64,000 nt of DNA from Callorhinchus milii (lineage: Eukaryota). Of the stretch, positions 13,901 through 25,789 are shown piece after piece. The notes under the pieces were generated by a model that searched no databases, was not told the DNA's origin, and saw only the letters and a program-made list of their open reading frames with translations. Numbering within the stretch: position 1 is the stretch's first letter; each line of letters starts with the position of its first letter. The translations under genes and the position numbers were made by a program. The stretch spans positions 137,516,001-137,580,000 of the forward strand of contig NW_024704742.1 of NCBI RefSeq assembly GCF_018977255.1. Reading direction: 5' to 3'.

Positions 13901-16900
13901 GCCCAGGGTGTGCGTTGGAGTAATTGCTGGTGTTTAATCAGCTAAACCGCATAGCTTGCCATTGATAGCACAGTCTGACAAGCTTTCCCACTGCTTGTTC
14001 AGCGAGGATCACCAGGGCTTTGGCTGCAGGGTTAACCGGAGCTGAGTGGGAGGATTCCCTGCCCCCAGTGACTGGTCGGCCCTTCCAGATCTTGCTGATG
14101 AGCCAGACTGTATATCTTGACGGTGGATTGTGTGGTGTCCTCAGAAAAGACAGGAAGTTAATGATTACCAATTGGTTAGATTTAGCAGTTAGTAGATCAC
14201 CAGGAAGTTGAGGAAATCGTTGATCCTTTGCTCCGGGGGCTGAAATTCCACCCAGTCTCAGCCAGCGAGATCTTTTCGATCTTTAAAATTCAACACAGGG
14301 CAGAACTGTACAAAAATAATCTCTGCTTTATTGCTAAGGCTCCATTTCCAGAGTTGTTAGAAAACAGCACCTTCCTCAACTTTGCCTTCCTCATTTTCAG
14401 CTCCAAATGTCTCACGGCCTGTCAGATCCCCGCCCCCAGTGACCTCAACAACAACAACAACAACAAGATTACATTTGTATAGCGCCTTTCACGTCGGGAG
14501 GACGTCCCAAGGCGCTGGATCTCCTGCCTGCTGCTCCCTCGTCCGTTCCATCCCAATGTCAGTGGGAGCTTTTCGCCACTTTGCTACCTTCCACTGCTTC
14601 TCTTCCATACCTCCGCCGATCGACTAACGACCGGGTTCCTACTTACTGCTCGGTAAACAGAGGCGTGTGGAGTAAGGAAACTTACCTAAGTTTTTGCCCC
14701 CCCCCCCCCGGGAATCGCTAGTTGATTGGCGGATCGCTTTTCCAGGGGTAATAATTCCTCCAAAAGATAAAGACGTGATAAGGCGCTACATCAAATGCAA
14801 AGGTTATTATTAGTAAAACATGTCTCCTAACCACTTGCATTGTTACTTTGGTGATTTGTGCCCTCTGATTACCGACCAGTGGAAATAATTCCTCCCAATT
14901 TACACCATCATCATCAACCCCTTTATATCCTTCTCCCTCTTATAGAGGGGGTCTGTGAGGGGGGGGGGGAGAGGAATATAAACACCACCGTGGACCAGAG
15001 GGGTCTGTTTCTGTGCTGTAACATTCCATGAATTTGTATCGGGTTAAAACTCTCCATCAGGTCTCCTCGTGACCTCTCCAGTCTCTCCTCCGAGATTACA
15101 CCTCTCAGCTCTGGTATTGTGTGGAGATATAATCGGGGAGGGGGGGAGTGGGGGTAGGGAGTTGGTGTTTGTGAGCTTCTTGGCGAGGAACGTCAGTCAC
15201 GGGTTTCAATGACGGAGTTTGTTAATCCGCTTGCAGTAACTTCAAAGGAGTTTTTTATGTATGAGTATTTACTTATACAGCAGTTTTTCGAGTTCAAAAT
15301 CCTTGTCCTCACCTATGACGCCCTCCACGGCCTTACTCCTCCGCACCTGTGACCTGCTAACATCATACTGACCTGTCCGCCACCTCCTCTCACCGAGCTC
15401 CGAGCTGCTTCACATCCCCCGCCTTGCCCACCCATCCTTCAACGCCCATCTCAAGACCTTCCTGGCGGGGGCGGTAGGCGTGGTGGGGGTGGGGGGGTGG
15501 GGGGACTGGACACTCTGCCAGCTGTTAGTTACAGATGTGTGTGGGGGGCAGTTAGAGTTACAGATGTGTGTCTCTTGGACCCAGGGCCAGCATTGAGGAG
15601 CGCTACGGGAAGGATTTGGTGTCTCTGTCAAAGAAAGTGTGCGGTCAGAACGAACTCAAGTGAGTTACACCTTCTAATTCATTTCATGGGAATGTTTTTG
15701 TATAGTGTGAGCAGGGCAGTGAGTGTGAGCAGCAGTGAGTGTGAGCAGGGCAGTGAGTGTGAGCAGCAGTGAGTGTGAGCAGGGCAGTGAGTGTGAGCAG
15801 CAGTGAGTGTGAGCAGGGCAGTGAGTGTGAGCAGCAGTGAGTGTGAGCAGGGCAGTGAGTGTGAGCAGCAGTGAGTGTGAGCAGGGTAGTGAGCGTGAGC
15901 AGCAGCAAGTATGACAGGGAAGGTGACGGAGACAATGAGGAGTCAGTGTTTGTGTGTGAGGNNNNNNNNNNNNNNNNNNNNNNNNNNNNNNNNNNNNNNN
16001 NNNNNNNNNNNNNNNNNNNNNNNNNNNNNNNNNNNNNNNNNNNNNNNNNNNNNNNNNNNNNNNNNNNNNNNNNNNNNNNNNNNNNNNNNNNNNCGCGTTG
16101 AAGCTGGAAAACCACTCAGAAGTCAGAAGTGAGGTACAGGCGGTGGGCGCTCATTCACTCTCCCTCACTCACACTCTGTCTCTCACTCTCTTTCTCACTC
16201 CAACTCGCGCTATCGCTCTCATTTGCTCTTCTGTCCAAAATCTTATTCTCTCACTCTCTCGCTCACTCGCTCGCTTGCTCTTGTTCACTCACTCTCAGTC
16301 TCTCTCTCTCTCTCTCGTTCTCGCTCACTCTCTCGTTTACTCTCTCTCGCTCTCCTTTTCTCTCTCCCTTTCACTCACTCACTCACTCACTCACTCACTC
16401 AGTCACTCACTCAGTCACTCACTCAGTCACTCACTCACTCACTCGCTCTCTCGCTCACTCTCCTGCTCGTGTTTTTCAGTACACTGAAGAGAGCGTTTGA
16501 TGTCTTTAAACAACGTAAGTATCAGTTGATCATTTGCTTTGAGTGTGAGGAACCTCTCATTGCTTTGCTCAGCGCTTTGATACAGGGTTTCCCCCTGACG
16601 CTGACCGTGCCCCTGGGAAGGAAACACTTTTTTCTGCTCCTAACTTCCTACTGTGAGACCGTTGAAATGTCAGCCATTAATTTTCTGCCTATTTTGTGAC
16701 TGGCTTATACAGTGGTCTGTGCCCTGGGCCTGTGAGTGCCTGACCAGCTCCTGATCAAACCCCGCCACATCCTAGCCCTCGCCCTTTCCTCCCGCTATCT
16801 CCTGCAGGTCCTGCCCCCGTCTGCTCCCTCCTCTGATCTGCTGCTCCTAACTCCTCCTTCCGTCCCTCATGCCATGAACCCGCTCTGCCTTCCCCCACCT

Positions 16901-19900
16901 CCACACCATCGCCCGACTCCACCACTGCCTCTGCCCTCAGGCCGTCGAGACCCTTATTCTCACATTCATCACATCGAGACTCAACCACACCACCTCTCTG
17001 CTTGTCGGCCTCCCCAACGCTTCCCTCCACAAGCTGCAGATCATCCAGAACTCTGCAGCTCGTGTCCTCTCCCGCACCAGGCTCCGTGACTCCATCTCCC
17101 CCATCCTCACCCAGTTCCATTGGTTTCTCATCCCCCCAGAGGATAGAGTTCAAAATCCTCGTTCTCGCTTCAAACGGCCTCACTCCTCCCTCTGCGACCT
17201 GCTAAACCTTTACTAAACCTGTCCACTCCCTCCGCTCAGCAAGCTCCAGCCTGCTCCATGTCCCTCACCCTGCCCGCTCCACCAGTGGCGGTCTGGCCTT
17301 CACCCCCACACTCTGTGTTAGCATGGTAACCTTCTGCTTGGATGCTTCCTGGTGTTGACCCTCGTCCCCCTTGGACCTGTGCCCTGGGCCGATCAGCGAA
17401 GATTATTCTGTGCTTACTTGTGGGGAAAGGCCAGACAATACATTTTAAGTTTATATAGTAGCTTTTGTGTTGGGAGAATGAGTCAGGATGAGATTGGGCA
17501 CTCATTCACACTCTCTCTCTCTCTCTCTCACTCCAACTTTCATTCTGTTGCTCTCTCACTCTTTTGCCTCACTCGTACTCTCGCTCACTCTCTCTCTCAC
17601 TCTCTCTTAAACTGGGATGAGCTGGGATCAGAAACTCTGCGAAAACCTTCCTCTTCGACTGCGGTTTCGGTCACCCTCCTACCCCCACCCACCCTGCCCT
17701 CCACCCCTCCTAATCCCAACCCCCAGCTCGGGTCCAACTCCCTGATTATTCTGCACCTTGGGACGTTCTCCTGACGTGAAAGGCGCTGTGTAAATGTAAT
17801 GTGTTGTTATTTAATGAACTGTTTGGAGCAGCTCTGTGGCCGATGGTCTCTCTCCCTCTCTCTCTCTCTCTGTAACGTTGTGATGGTTCTGCTCTGTTTC
17901 TTCAGAGATTGAGAACGTGGGATTGTCCCACATACAGCTGGCCAGCAACCTGCGGGAAGAGGTGAAGAAACTGGAAGATTTCCGGGAAAAACAGAAGGAT
18001 GCACGGAAGAAAGTGTGTGAGCTGTGATCGACCCCTCCCTCCCTTGCCATCTTTCTCTCTCACTCTGCTCCGCTTAAAGATCACTCCCTCCCAGTCTGCC
18101 CGCTCTCTCCACTCCGAGAGCCCTCGTATGACTCCACGTCCATCACACTGCCCACTCCACCATCGGCAGTCAGCCTTCCTCTCCGTAATCCCGGTGTAAA
18201 TGCAATTTGGTGTTGTTGCTGTTGTCTAGCCTGACATTCACGGCTGATGGAATTCGAGGCTCCTCCAGGCCTCAATGTCTGTCACAACATCAAAGGGGAC
18301 GAACGATTTTGTTTCCATCTAAAATGAGGAAGTGCTGGAGTTCAGTAACCGATACAGCTTAGAGGAAGAATGCCTCTGCTGACATTGAACCCAGACAGAG
18401 ACATAACACTAGCTGCCCTGTTTAGCCAAGTCTTGAGCCCGCTGGTATCATCATGATGTCCTGTAGCTCAGTGGTTAGAGCACTCACCTCACAAGTGAGA
18501 GGACCCTGGTTCGATTCCCGGGCGAAGCAAAAACCTTAGGCAAGTTTCCTGACTCCACACACCACTGTTTACCCATCAGTTAGTAGGAACCCGGGCTTTA
18601 GTTGAGTGCGAATCTCTATAATCCCTTCAAAAACAAAATTAATAATTTGGTCACTCAATCCACGACTGTTTGTGGGACACTACTCTATGCAATTGGCTGC
18701 CGCGTTTCGCCCACAAAATATACAGTCGATTCACTTTACAGTATATTCTCTGAAGCGCTTTGAGACGTCTCGAAGACGTGATAAGGCGCTATATCAATGC
18801 AAGGATTATTATTATTATCATAGCCTCAGTCGCTCACACTCACACTCTCTCGTCACAGGTGGAACATGTGATGGAGAATCTTCACAAACAGAAGTCAGCT
18901 TTTTACAAGAAAACCATGGACGTGAGTCTGCCTTTCACTGCCACCGTTTAGCTTTCAGCTACTACGCCCCCAAAATCTGGAACACTCTTCCTCTATCTCC
19001 CCGCCTTTCCCCTTCCCTCCCCATCTTCGGGTCGCACCTGAAGACCTTCCTCATCAACCGTGCCTACGGCCCCCACGTAACCTTCTCTGCTCTAATGGGA
19101 AAAGTCCTAACTTCTCCACTGTCCTCATAGCTAAGTTTCCCCATTCCTGGTATCATTCTCGTGAATCTCCTCTGCACCCTTTCCAGTGCCTTAATGTCCT
19201 TCCTGATGTAAGGTGCCCAGAACTGGACGCAGTACTCCAGCTGAGGCCTAACCAGTGTTTTGTATAGATTAACCATAAACTCCCTACTCTTATACTCTAT
19301 GCCCCTACTAATAAATGTCTACATTGATGTCTTGATGATGTGAAAAGGTCATGAAATGCAAAGATGATTGTTATACAGTAAAACTCGCATAAGTCTTATC
19401 TTTATAAATCATTTAATTGCATATGTCTATATGTGGAATCCTGCACTTCAGTGGTTAGAGCGCTCGCCTCTCAAGTGAGACACCTGGATTCGATTCCCGT
19501 TAGGGTAAAATTTTGAGCAATTTTCCTTACTCCACACGCCTCTGCGTACCTAGCAGTAAGTAGGAACCCGGTTGTTAGTCGATTGGTGGATTGCTTTTCC
19601 GGGTGTAGTAATCCCCTCAAAAAAATAAATCGGTCACTTCAATCCACGACTGTTTGTGGGACGCTGCAGTACGTAATTGGCTGCTGCGTTTCGCCCACAA
19701 AATATAGTGCCCATTCACTTTACAGTCTGTTCTGGAAGCGCTTTGAGACGTCACAAAGACGTGATAAGGTGCTATACCAAATGTTAGGATTATTATATTT
19801 ATTCGCCCGAGTCCCATTTAGTTTCCTATTTCTCTACACAGCTCATATTAATCGCCTTCGTATCACCGCTCCCCTACCCTCCATTCCTCCCGCACTTACC

Positions 19901-22900
19901 AGCAGCATTGAATTACAGTGAAGATTATTGATTAAATCGGAGTTTGTCTGTAACTCGGACTTCACCTAAGTCATATTAAATGTTATGGACCCTAATACAA
20001 CAAGATACAACAACAAGATTCCATTTATAGAGCGCCTTTCATGTCGGGAGGACGTCCCAAGGCGCTGCCTAATAACGACTTATGTGAGTTTTACTATTCA
20101 TTACTATTCAAACGCAACTTGTTGTACGAGTTAACACTAAGCATTGTGGTCATTCACCGCAGTCCAAGAAGACGTACGAACAGAAATGTAAAGACAAGGA
20201 TGAGGCTGAGCAGCAGATGAACAGAAACACTGGATTAACCAACGTTAAACAGATAGAGAAGGTAATAGCCACCCCCCAACTTCCATGTGTGTCTAGTTAC
20301 TGATCACTAACCTCTGTGTGTGACTAGTAACTGATCACTAACCTCTGTGAATTTCTGTTCCAGCTCCAAGCCAAAGCTCACCAGAGTAAGCAAGTGGCAG
20401 ATGAGGCTGGTGAGTGCGTGTGTGGGGGTTCTGGGTGGAGAGGAGGGTTGGGGGTTCTGGGGGTCGAAGTGGTGGGAAGGGGGTGGCGATACACACTGGG
20501 AGGGTGGGGCTGTGGGAGGTGGGGAGGAGGTGTTGGGTGCAGATCTGGGGGAGGGGGTCCTGGGTGAGGGGCAGCGGGGGGGCTAGGGCTGGGTTTGGTA
20601 GGGGTGGGAAGGGGTTGGTGGTACACCGGGGGGTGGGGGGGAGGGGGGAGGCAAGGACTAACATGCTCTGACGTTGTGCTCAGTGACTCCTGGGCCCTTT
20701 AATCCCACTCTGGCCGTGGACAGTCCCATTGAGGGTTTGAATATTAAAATGAGGCTTAAGGTTTCACTCTGCCCAGGAATTGAACCCAGGTCCTCTTGCT
20801 CGCAAGGCGAGTTCTCCAACCACTGAGCTACAGGCCTCCACTCTGTCGCCAGGGTTTGACTTGCTCCCCACTCCCGAGGACTGACTGATGTTTGTTAACT
20901 CTCCCCCCACATCCCCCACCCCCACACAGATCGAGTCTACTATCAGAACGTTTCGAACCTAGAGAAGATCCAGAAGGACTGGGAGACAGAGCACATACGG
21001 ACATGTGAGGTAGGAGCCGCCTATTGCAAACAACAGCGACAACGCGCATTGCACAGTGCCCTTCACGCGGGGCTGCCTCTCGGAGTGCTTAACAGCGGCA
21101 GAGCTTGACACCGAGCCGGGCGGGGGTTGGGGGGGAGAGGGGAGGTGACTGTAAGCTTGGTCAAAGAGGAAGGTCTTCAGATGTGATCTGGAAATGGGTG
21201 CAAGGCGGAAGGATTGAGGGAGAGAGTTCCATGGTTTCGGGACTTAGTGGCTGAAAGCACGGCCACCGATGCTGGAGGGGGTGGTATGAGGGACAAGCAG
21301 GAGGCCATAGCCAGCCGAGCAGAGGCAGCGGGTGGTGGAGTGGGGAGGTAAGAGATACCTGTCACATTTGTGACACATGTATCTGCTCCTTTAACATTAA
21401 AGGTACAATGTGGTTGACACATCCCACAATCAATTATATGCATTAATAAATTAGAAAACAGTCAAGACAGTGTAGAGCTTTACTGTGTCTCTAACCCTGA
21501 CCTGGGAGTGTGGACGCACAGTGTAGAGGAGCTTTACTGTGTCTCTAACCCTGACCTGGGAGTGTGGACGCACAGTGTAGAGGAGCTTTACTGTGTCTCT
21601 AACCCTGACCTGGGAGTGTGGACGCACAGTGTAGAGGAGCTTTACTGTGTCTCTAACCCTGACCTGGGAGTGTGGACGCAAGGTGTAGAGGAGCTCTACT
21701 GTGTCTCTAACCCTGACCTGGGAGTGTGGACGCACAGTGTAGAGAGAGCTTTACTGCGTCTCTAACCCTGACCTGGGAGTGTGGACGCACAGTGTAGAGG
21801 AGCTTTACTGTGTCTCTAACCCTGACCTGGGAGTGTGGACGCAGTGTGGAGGGAGCCGTAGTGGTGCATGCTCAGTCATTCAACGTGAATGTGTTGGATC
21901 TGGTTTAGATGCTGGAACAGCAGGATTGTGAGAGGATCCACGGCCTGAGGAACACCATGTGGGTCCATTCCAACCTGCTGTCACAGGAGTGTGTGGCCAA
22001 TGACGAGGTGAGAGCTCAGCACTATCTCTACACCGGGCACGTGTGGACACTGAGGGGTGGGGAAGGTCCATTTATAGTGTGGAATCATGTAGCGTAGTGG
22101 TTAGAACACTCGCCGCGCAAGCGAGAGGACCTGGGTTCGATTCCCAGGCAGGGTGAAACGCCAGGCAAGTTTCCTTAGTCCACGCGCCTCTGTGGCGAGT
22201 TTCCTTCCTCCCCACCTCGCAGTAAGTAGGAACCCGGTTGTTAATCGATCGCTTTTCCGGGGAGTAATAATCCCTAAAAAAAAAAGTGATTTGGTTACTC
22301 AACCCACGACTGTTTGTGGGACACTGCTGTGTGCAATTGGTTGCCACGTTTAAGCCCACAAAGTACTGAGTCAGTTCACTCGGGAGTATAATCTGTGCAT
22401 CGCTTTGAGAGTCTCAATGAGGTGATAAAGGCACTGTATCAAATGCTAAGATTATTATTATTATTTTGTGCATATTTTATTATTAGTGTCCAAATTAGTG
22501 TGCATTGTGAGACCCAGAGCTTGGTGTCCCCTGGCCTCACATTGTGAGACATTCTGTTCCTCGTCACAGATGAACTCTTTCTCTCTCTTATACACACACA
22601 CACACACAGTCTCACTCTCACACACACACGCACTCACTCTCACACACACTCACTCTCTCTCACACACACTCACTCTCTCACACGTTCTCTCACTCTCTCA
22701 CACACTCACTCTCTCACACGTTCTCTCNNNNNNNNNNNNNNNNNNNNNNNNNNNNNNNNNNNNNNNNNNNNNNNNNNNNNNNNNNNNNNNNNNNNNNNNN
22801 NNNNNNNNNNNNNNNNNNNNNNNNNNNNNNNNNNNNNNNNNNNNNNNNNNNNNNNNNNNNNNNNNNNNNNNNNNNNNNNNNNNNNNNNNNNNNNNNNNNN

Positions 22901-25220
22901 NNNNNNNNNNNNNNNNNNNNNNNNNNNNNNNNNNNNNNNNNNNNNNNNNNNNNNNNNNNNNNNNNNNNNNNNNNNNNNNNNNNNNNNNNNNNNNNNNNNN
23001 NNNNNNNNNNNNNNNNNNNNNNNNNNNNNNNNNNNNNNNNNNNNNNNNNNNNNNNNNNNNNNNNNNNNNNNNNNNTCACGCTCTCTCACACGTTCTCTCA
23101 CGCTCTCTCACACACACACTCACTCTCACTCTCTCTCACACAGTCTCTCTCACACACTCACACACTCACTCTCTCTCACACTCACACTCCCTGGTAATGA
23201 GATGCAACTGAGCACGTGATGTTGGGAAGTGAAAACCTTGCCAGCTTTTGGGCTGAAGATTCTCATCGTTCTTTTTTCCTTAATCCTCCTCATCTTCCTC
23301 AGACGTATGAAGAGATCCGGAAGGTTCTGGAACAGTGCAACATCCAAAAGGACTTGGAATTCTACGTAGACTTGAAGCGAACTGGCGACACACCCCCAGG
23401 TAGCCTCCTTCCCGCCGTCCTGTCAGGGGTGTGGGGGTTGGGGGACGTAATATAATGTGGATCTTCCAATGAATCACACAGGCCCGCTGTGTGCTGCGAG
23501 TCCTGTAGCTCGGCGGTTAGAGCACTCGCCTTGCAAGCGAGGGGACCTGAGTGTTGAGGCTGAAAACATGGCTGCCGATGGTGGAGGGGATGAGGGACAA
23601 GCAGGAGGCCAGAGCCAGTTGAGTGGAGGTGGGGGTGGTGGAGTGGGGAGTAAGCCAGTCTATAAGAGAGGTGTGGAGATGCCAGGGCATGAAGGGACTT
23701 GTAAACGAGTGGATCTTGAAGTCGATCCGTTCTGTGACAGGGAGCCAGTGGAGCCTGGCGAGGACTGGGCTGATGGGGGTGCGGAGTTTAGTGTGGGTGA
23801 GAATCCGGACGGCAGAGTTTAGGAGCAGTTTCGAACACACACACACACTCGAATGAGAGTGATTACTTGGGGTGAGATACTGAGAGTGTTCAGGGCTGGG
23901 CATGGTGTGAAGACGGATTATAACAGAATTTTAGGCATCTGATAAGTGCGTGTGATAGGCTGTGATGCTCTCTCTCCCCCCCCCCCGTCCTCACCAACAG
24001 CAGAATATTAATATAAATACCATTTCTTTCTCAGCTATTATCCCTTATGAGAATTATTACAATGCCCAGAGGGGGCTGAGTGGACCCCGGAATTCCAACA
24101 ACACAAGGTAATGGGGGGAGGGCTGCTCCAGACTGTTTATTACACCCCCCCACCCTCCCCACCCCCTTTATCTGAGCGTGTATTACCTGTGCTCTCACCT
24201 CTGGGTCACCTCCCGCCCCCCCTCACCCAGACTGACATCGGCCACAGCACATTGGTCCACCAATCATGTTGGGAGGAGGCCAAAAGATGGAGCCAAGTTG
24301 GCCAAATCCTGACCTCACCCCCTACACCCAAAGTAACCAATCCTCAGCCCAAACGTCTCCCCAGAGTTGCTGATCTCAGCCTGGTCCCTGGGCGAGGGAG
24401 GGGGCTGACGTTCCAATCAAATGTGTAGATTAATGTTTTGATAATTGGCTCATCGCTTCCTTATGTTACAGACGGAACCCCCTGCCAGTACCGCAGAATG
24501 CATGTGAGTCAGCACACGCCAGCACACGCTAGCACACGTCAGCACATGCCACCACACTCCAGCACATGACACCACACGCCAGCACAAGCCAGCTTGTTCG
24601 CCTGTACACTCTTGGCTTCAGTTGCAAACCCCACTCCGCTCCTTGGGATCTGGATCCCTCCATCCCTGCCTCTTGCTGTCTCCTAGATTGCAATGAGCGC
24701 ACTCGTCCGTTATTTTTGCTCTCTCTGTCGCACCGTCCACCTCCTCCGCTCATTCCCTCCATCCCACCATCGATGGTCGAGCTTTCAGTTACCCCTCCAC
24801 CCTGTGACTGTAGGCACAGCTGAAGAGGAAGCTCCTCAGGCATGATCCGATGATGGGTGAGGAGGGGCAAGAGGCAGAGTTCCAGAGTTTCAAGGCATAG
24901 TGGCTGAAAGAATGGTGGAGCGGAGGGGAAGGGGGACAAGCAGAAGGTCCGAGCCGGCTGAGCAAAGTGGTGGGGGTACGGGGGAGGGGGTGGGGGGCGT
25001 AGTGGTGGTAGAGGAGTGGGATGTGAACTGGAGGCTTGGCCCGAAACAAGGAGAAATGCTCTTTAAGTTGGAGCCGGGCTGCCGGTTTGGGAGATTGTTG
25101 TACAAACGCTAGTCACGCTGTCCTCAGCTCGCTCACTCCCTTTTATTTTGTCTCCTTCCAGATGACGAGTCTCAATATGCAACGATTGGAGACAGCTCCT
25201 ACAGTTTATTGCAGCACTAA
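10827..25220 (+). CDS. PSTPIP2: PSTPIP2 (proline-serine-threonine phosphatase-interacting protein 2), F-BAR protein without SH3; 13 coding exons, 966 nt (321 aa + stop); first exon of about 11 codons not located
   Basis: Hand-spliced exons of 101,75,35,107,63,99,46,80,99,97,73,32,59 nt, all AG/GT and in phase. They give [45 protein letters not shown]...[10 protein letters not shown]...MWVHSN...IIPYENYY...SYSLLQH*, matching the PSTPIP F-BAR family. The short YSLL C-terminus without SH3 indicates PSTPIP2 rather than PSTPIP1. Confidence 0.93.
12682..13011 (-). mobile_element. Young SINE, full length
   Basis: Reverse complement of the 30011-30337 copy. Confidence 0.9.
13185..13448 (-). pseudogene. 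Intronless CD40-like TNF receptor superfamily fragment (end of last CRD, TM, TRAF-binding tail); probable 5'-truncated retrocopy, antisense in a PSTPIP2 intron
   Basis: Open frame [87 protein letters not shown]. GTxxSDxVC is the TNFR CRD terminus; PVQE at 13269-13280 fits the TRAF2-binding consensus. Confidence 0.75.
13670..14090. repeat. Unclassified dispersed repeat family (copies near 3800-4130, 5420-5610, 32060-32210, 40450-40570, 49090-49385, 50540-50670, 52520-52730, 57410-57530, 58430-58770)
   Basis: Shared blocks gaaacccatcac, catcccacctacacatggaaatccc, cagctaaaccacatagcttgcc, ggattccctgccccca; no tRNA head, simple-repeat tail or ORF seen. Confidence 0.75.
15585..15659 (+). CDS. PSTPIP2: PSTPIP2 exon [25 protein letters not shown]
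   Basis: cccag| ... |gtgagt, 75 nt. Confidence 0.93.
15705..15903. repeat. 34-bp dimeric (18+16) minisatellite, about 6 copies
   Basis: gcagggcagtgagtgtga + gcagcagtgagtgtga starting 15711, 15745, 15779, 15813, 15847, 15881. Confidence 0.95.
15962..16093. other. Assembly gap (132 N)
   Basis: N run. Confidence 1.
16145..16465. repeat. CT/TCAC low-complexity microsatellite
   Basis: (tcac)n and (ct)n runs. Confidence 0.9.
16480..16514 (+). CDS. PSTPIP2: PSTPIP2 exon [11 protein letters not shown]
   Basis: ttttcag| ... |gtaagt, 35 nt. Confidence 0.92.
17906..18012 (+). CDS. PSTPIP2: PSTPIP2 exon [36 protein letters not shown]
   Basis: ttcttcag| ... |gtgtgt, 107 nt. Confidence 0.93.
18859..18921 (+). 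CDS. PSTPIP2: PSTPIP2 exon [21 protein letters not shown]
   Basis: tcacag| ... |gtgagt, 63 nt. Confidence 0.93.
19376..20096. mobile_element. Tc1/pogo (Tigger-like) non-autonomous element with nested SINE and L2 tail
   Basis: TA|CAGTAAAACTCGCATAAGTC (19376-19395) and GACTTATGTGAGTTTTACTA (20077-20096) are 18/20 inverted repeats. Confidence 0.6.
19445..19800 (+). mobile_element. Older SINE subfamily with complete CORE domain (other copies near 2700-3003 -, 18460-18815 +, 22078-22460 +, 50838-50985 +, 61870-62200 -)
   Basis: ...ttactccacacgcctctgcgtacctagcagtaagtaggaacc..., a segment deleted in the young subfamily. Confidence 0.82.
20163..20261 (+). CDS. PSTPIP2: PSTPIP2 exon [33 protein letters not shown]
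   Basis: ccgcag| ... |gtaata, 99 nt. Confidence 0.93.
20364..20409 (+). CDS. PSTPIP2: PSTPIP2 exon [15 protein letters not shown]
   Basis: ttccag| ... |gtgagt, 46 nt. Confidence 0.92.
20930..21009 (+). CDS. PSTPIP2: PSTPIP2 exon [27 protein letters not shown]
   Basis: cacacag| ... |gtagga, 80 nt. Confidence 0.93.
21468..21845. repeat. 54-bp minisatellite, about 7 copies
   Basis: tactgtgtctctaaccctgacctgggagtgtggacgcacagtgtagaggagctt with period 54. Confidence 0.95.
21909..22007 (+). CDS. PSTPIP2: PSTPIP2 exon [33 protein letters not shown]
   Basis: gtttag| ... |gtgaga, 99 nt; retains the conserved Trp of the WxHxN motif. Confidence 0.93.
22585..23185. repeat. CA/CT microsatellite spanning an assembly gap
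   Basis: Repeat on both sides of the N run. Confidence 0.9.
22728..23075. other. Assembly gap (348 N)
   Basis: N run. Confidence 1.
23303..23399 (+). CDS. PSTPIP2: PSTPIP2 exon [32 protein letters not shown]
   Basis: ttcctcag| ... |gtagcc, 97 nt. Confidence 0.93.
24035..24107 (+). CDS. PSTPIP2: PSTPIP2 exon [25 protein letters not shown]
   Basis: ttctcag| ... |gtaatg, 73 nt; PYENYY motif. Confidence 0.9.
24472..24503 (+). CDS. PSTPIP2: PSTPIP2 exon [10 protein letters not shown]
   Basis: gttacag| ... |gtgagt, 32 nt; similar to the human RGPLPIP segment (recalled). Confidence 0.85.
24510..24595. repeat. 10-bp minisatellite (agcacacgcc-like), about 8-9 copies
   Basis: Directly after the donor at 24504. 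Confidence 0.85.
25162..25220 (+). CDS. PSTPIP2: PSTPIP2 last coding exon [19 protein letters not shown]
   Basis: ccttccag| ... TAA at 25218-25220; a gtaagt donor follows at 25226. Confidence 0.88.
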
Positions 25221-25789
25221 TAAGTGTAAGTGGCTTGTGCGTGAGTTCTGACACTCCTCTTTCTCTGCCCCTCCCCACCGTGTCCTGAAATCACTATGTA
25301 GATGCTCCCACGTTTGTGATCAAATTGGCTGCTATGTTTCGCTCACAAAATACACAATCCACTTTACCACATATCCTGCGAAGCACTTTGTGACGTCTCG
25401 AAGACTTGATAAAGCGCTATGCAAAATTCATTATGTTTCCACTACAAATGGATAGTCACTATATAATATTCCCCGTGAAGCACTTTGAATGTTATAACTG
25501 CCGCATGAGCCTGGCTTCATTGATCGCACTCCTGCCTCATATGTCAGAGAGTTGTGGGATTAATCCTTTGAGCTCGTAGTCGAGGCTGATGCTCCAGCAG
25601 TGAGCAACGCAGAGCACTGCATTGTTTCAGATGAGAGGTGTTTCCGTCTTTGCCTGCTCGATAAAGATCCCGCAAAGCTATTCAAAATGAGAAAGGAGTT
25701 GGCCGGCAATTCCCTGAATAAAATCGACCCTGTTTGTGGAACGTGTCCAAATTGGCTGTCACATTCACCGACAAATACACCAACAAAGT

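Noticed and set aside
15684-16699. Long ORFs rich in S/L/H/T or X (also 22468-23211)
   Set aside because: Artefacts of microsatellites and N gaps.
21468-21845. CRISPR-like array, or V(D)J recombination signals because of CACAGTG heptamers
   Set aside because: Units are identical with no unique spacers. No ACAAAAACC-like nonamer lies 12 or 23 nt from the heptamer, and there are no V/J segments.
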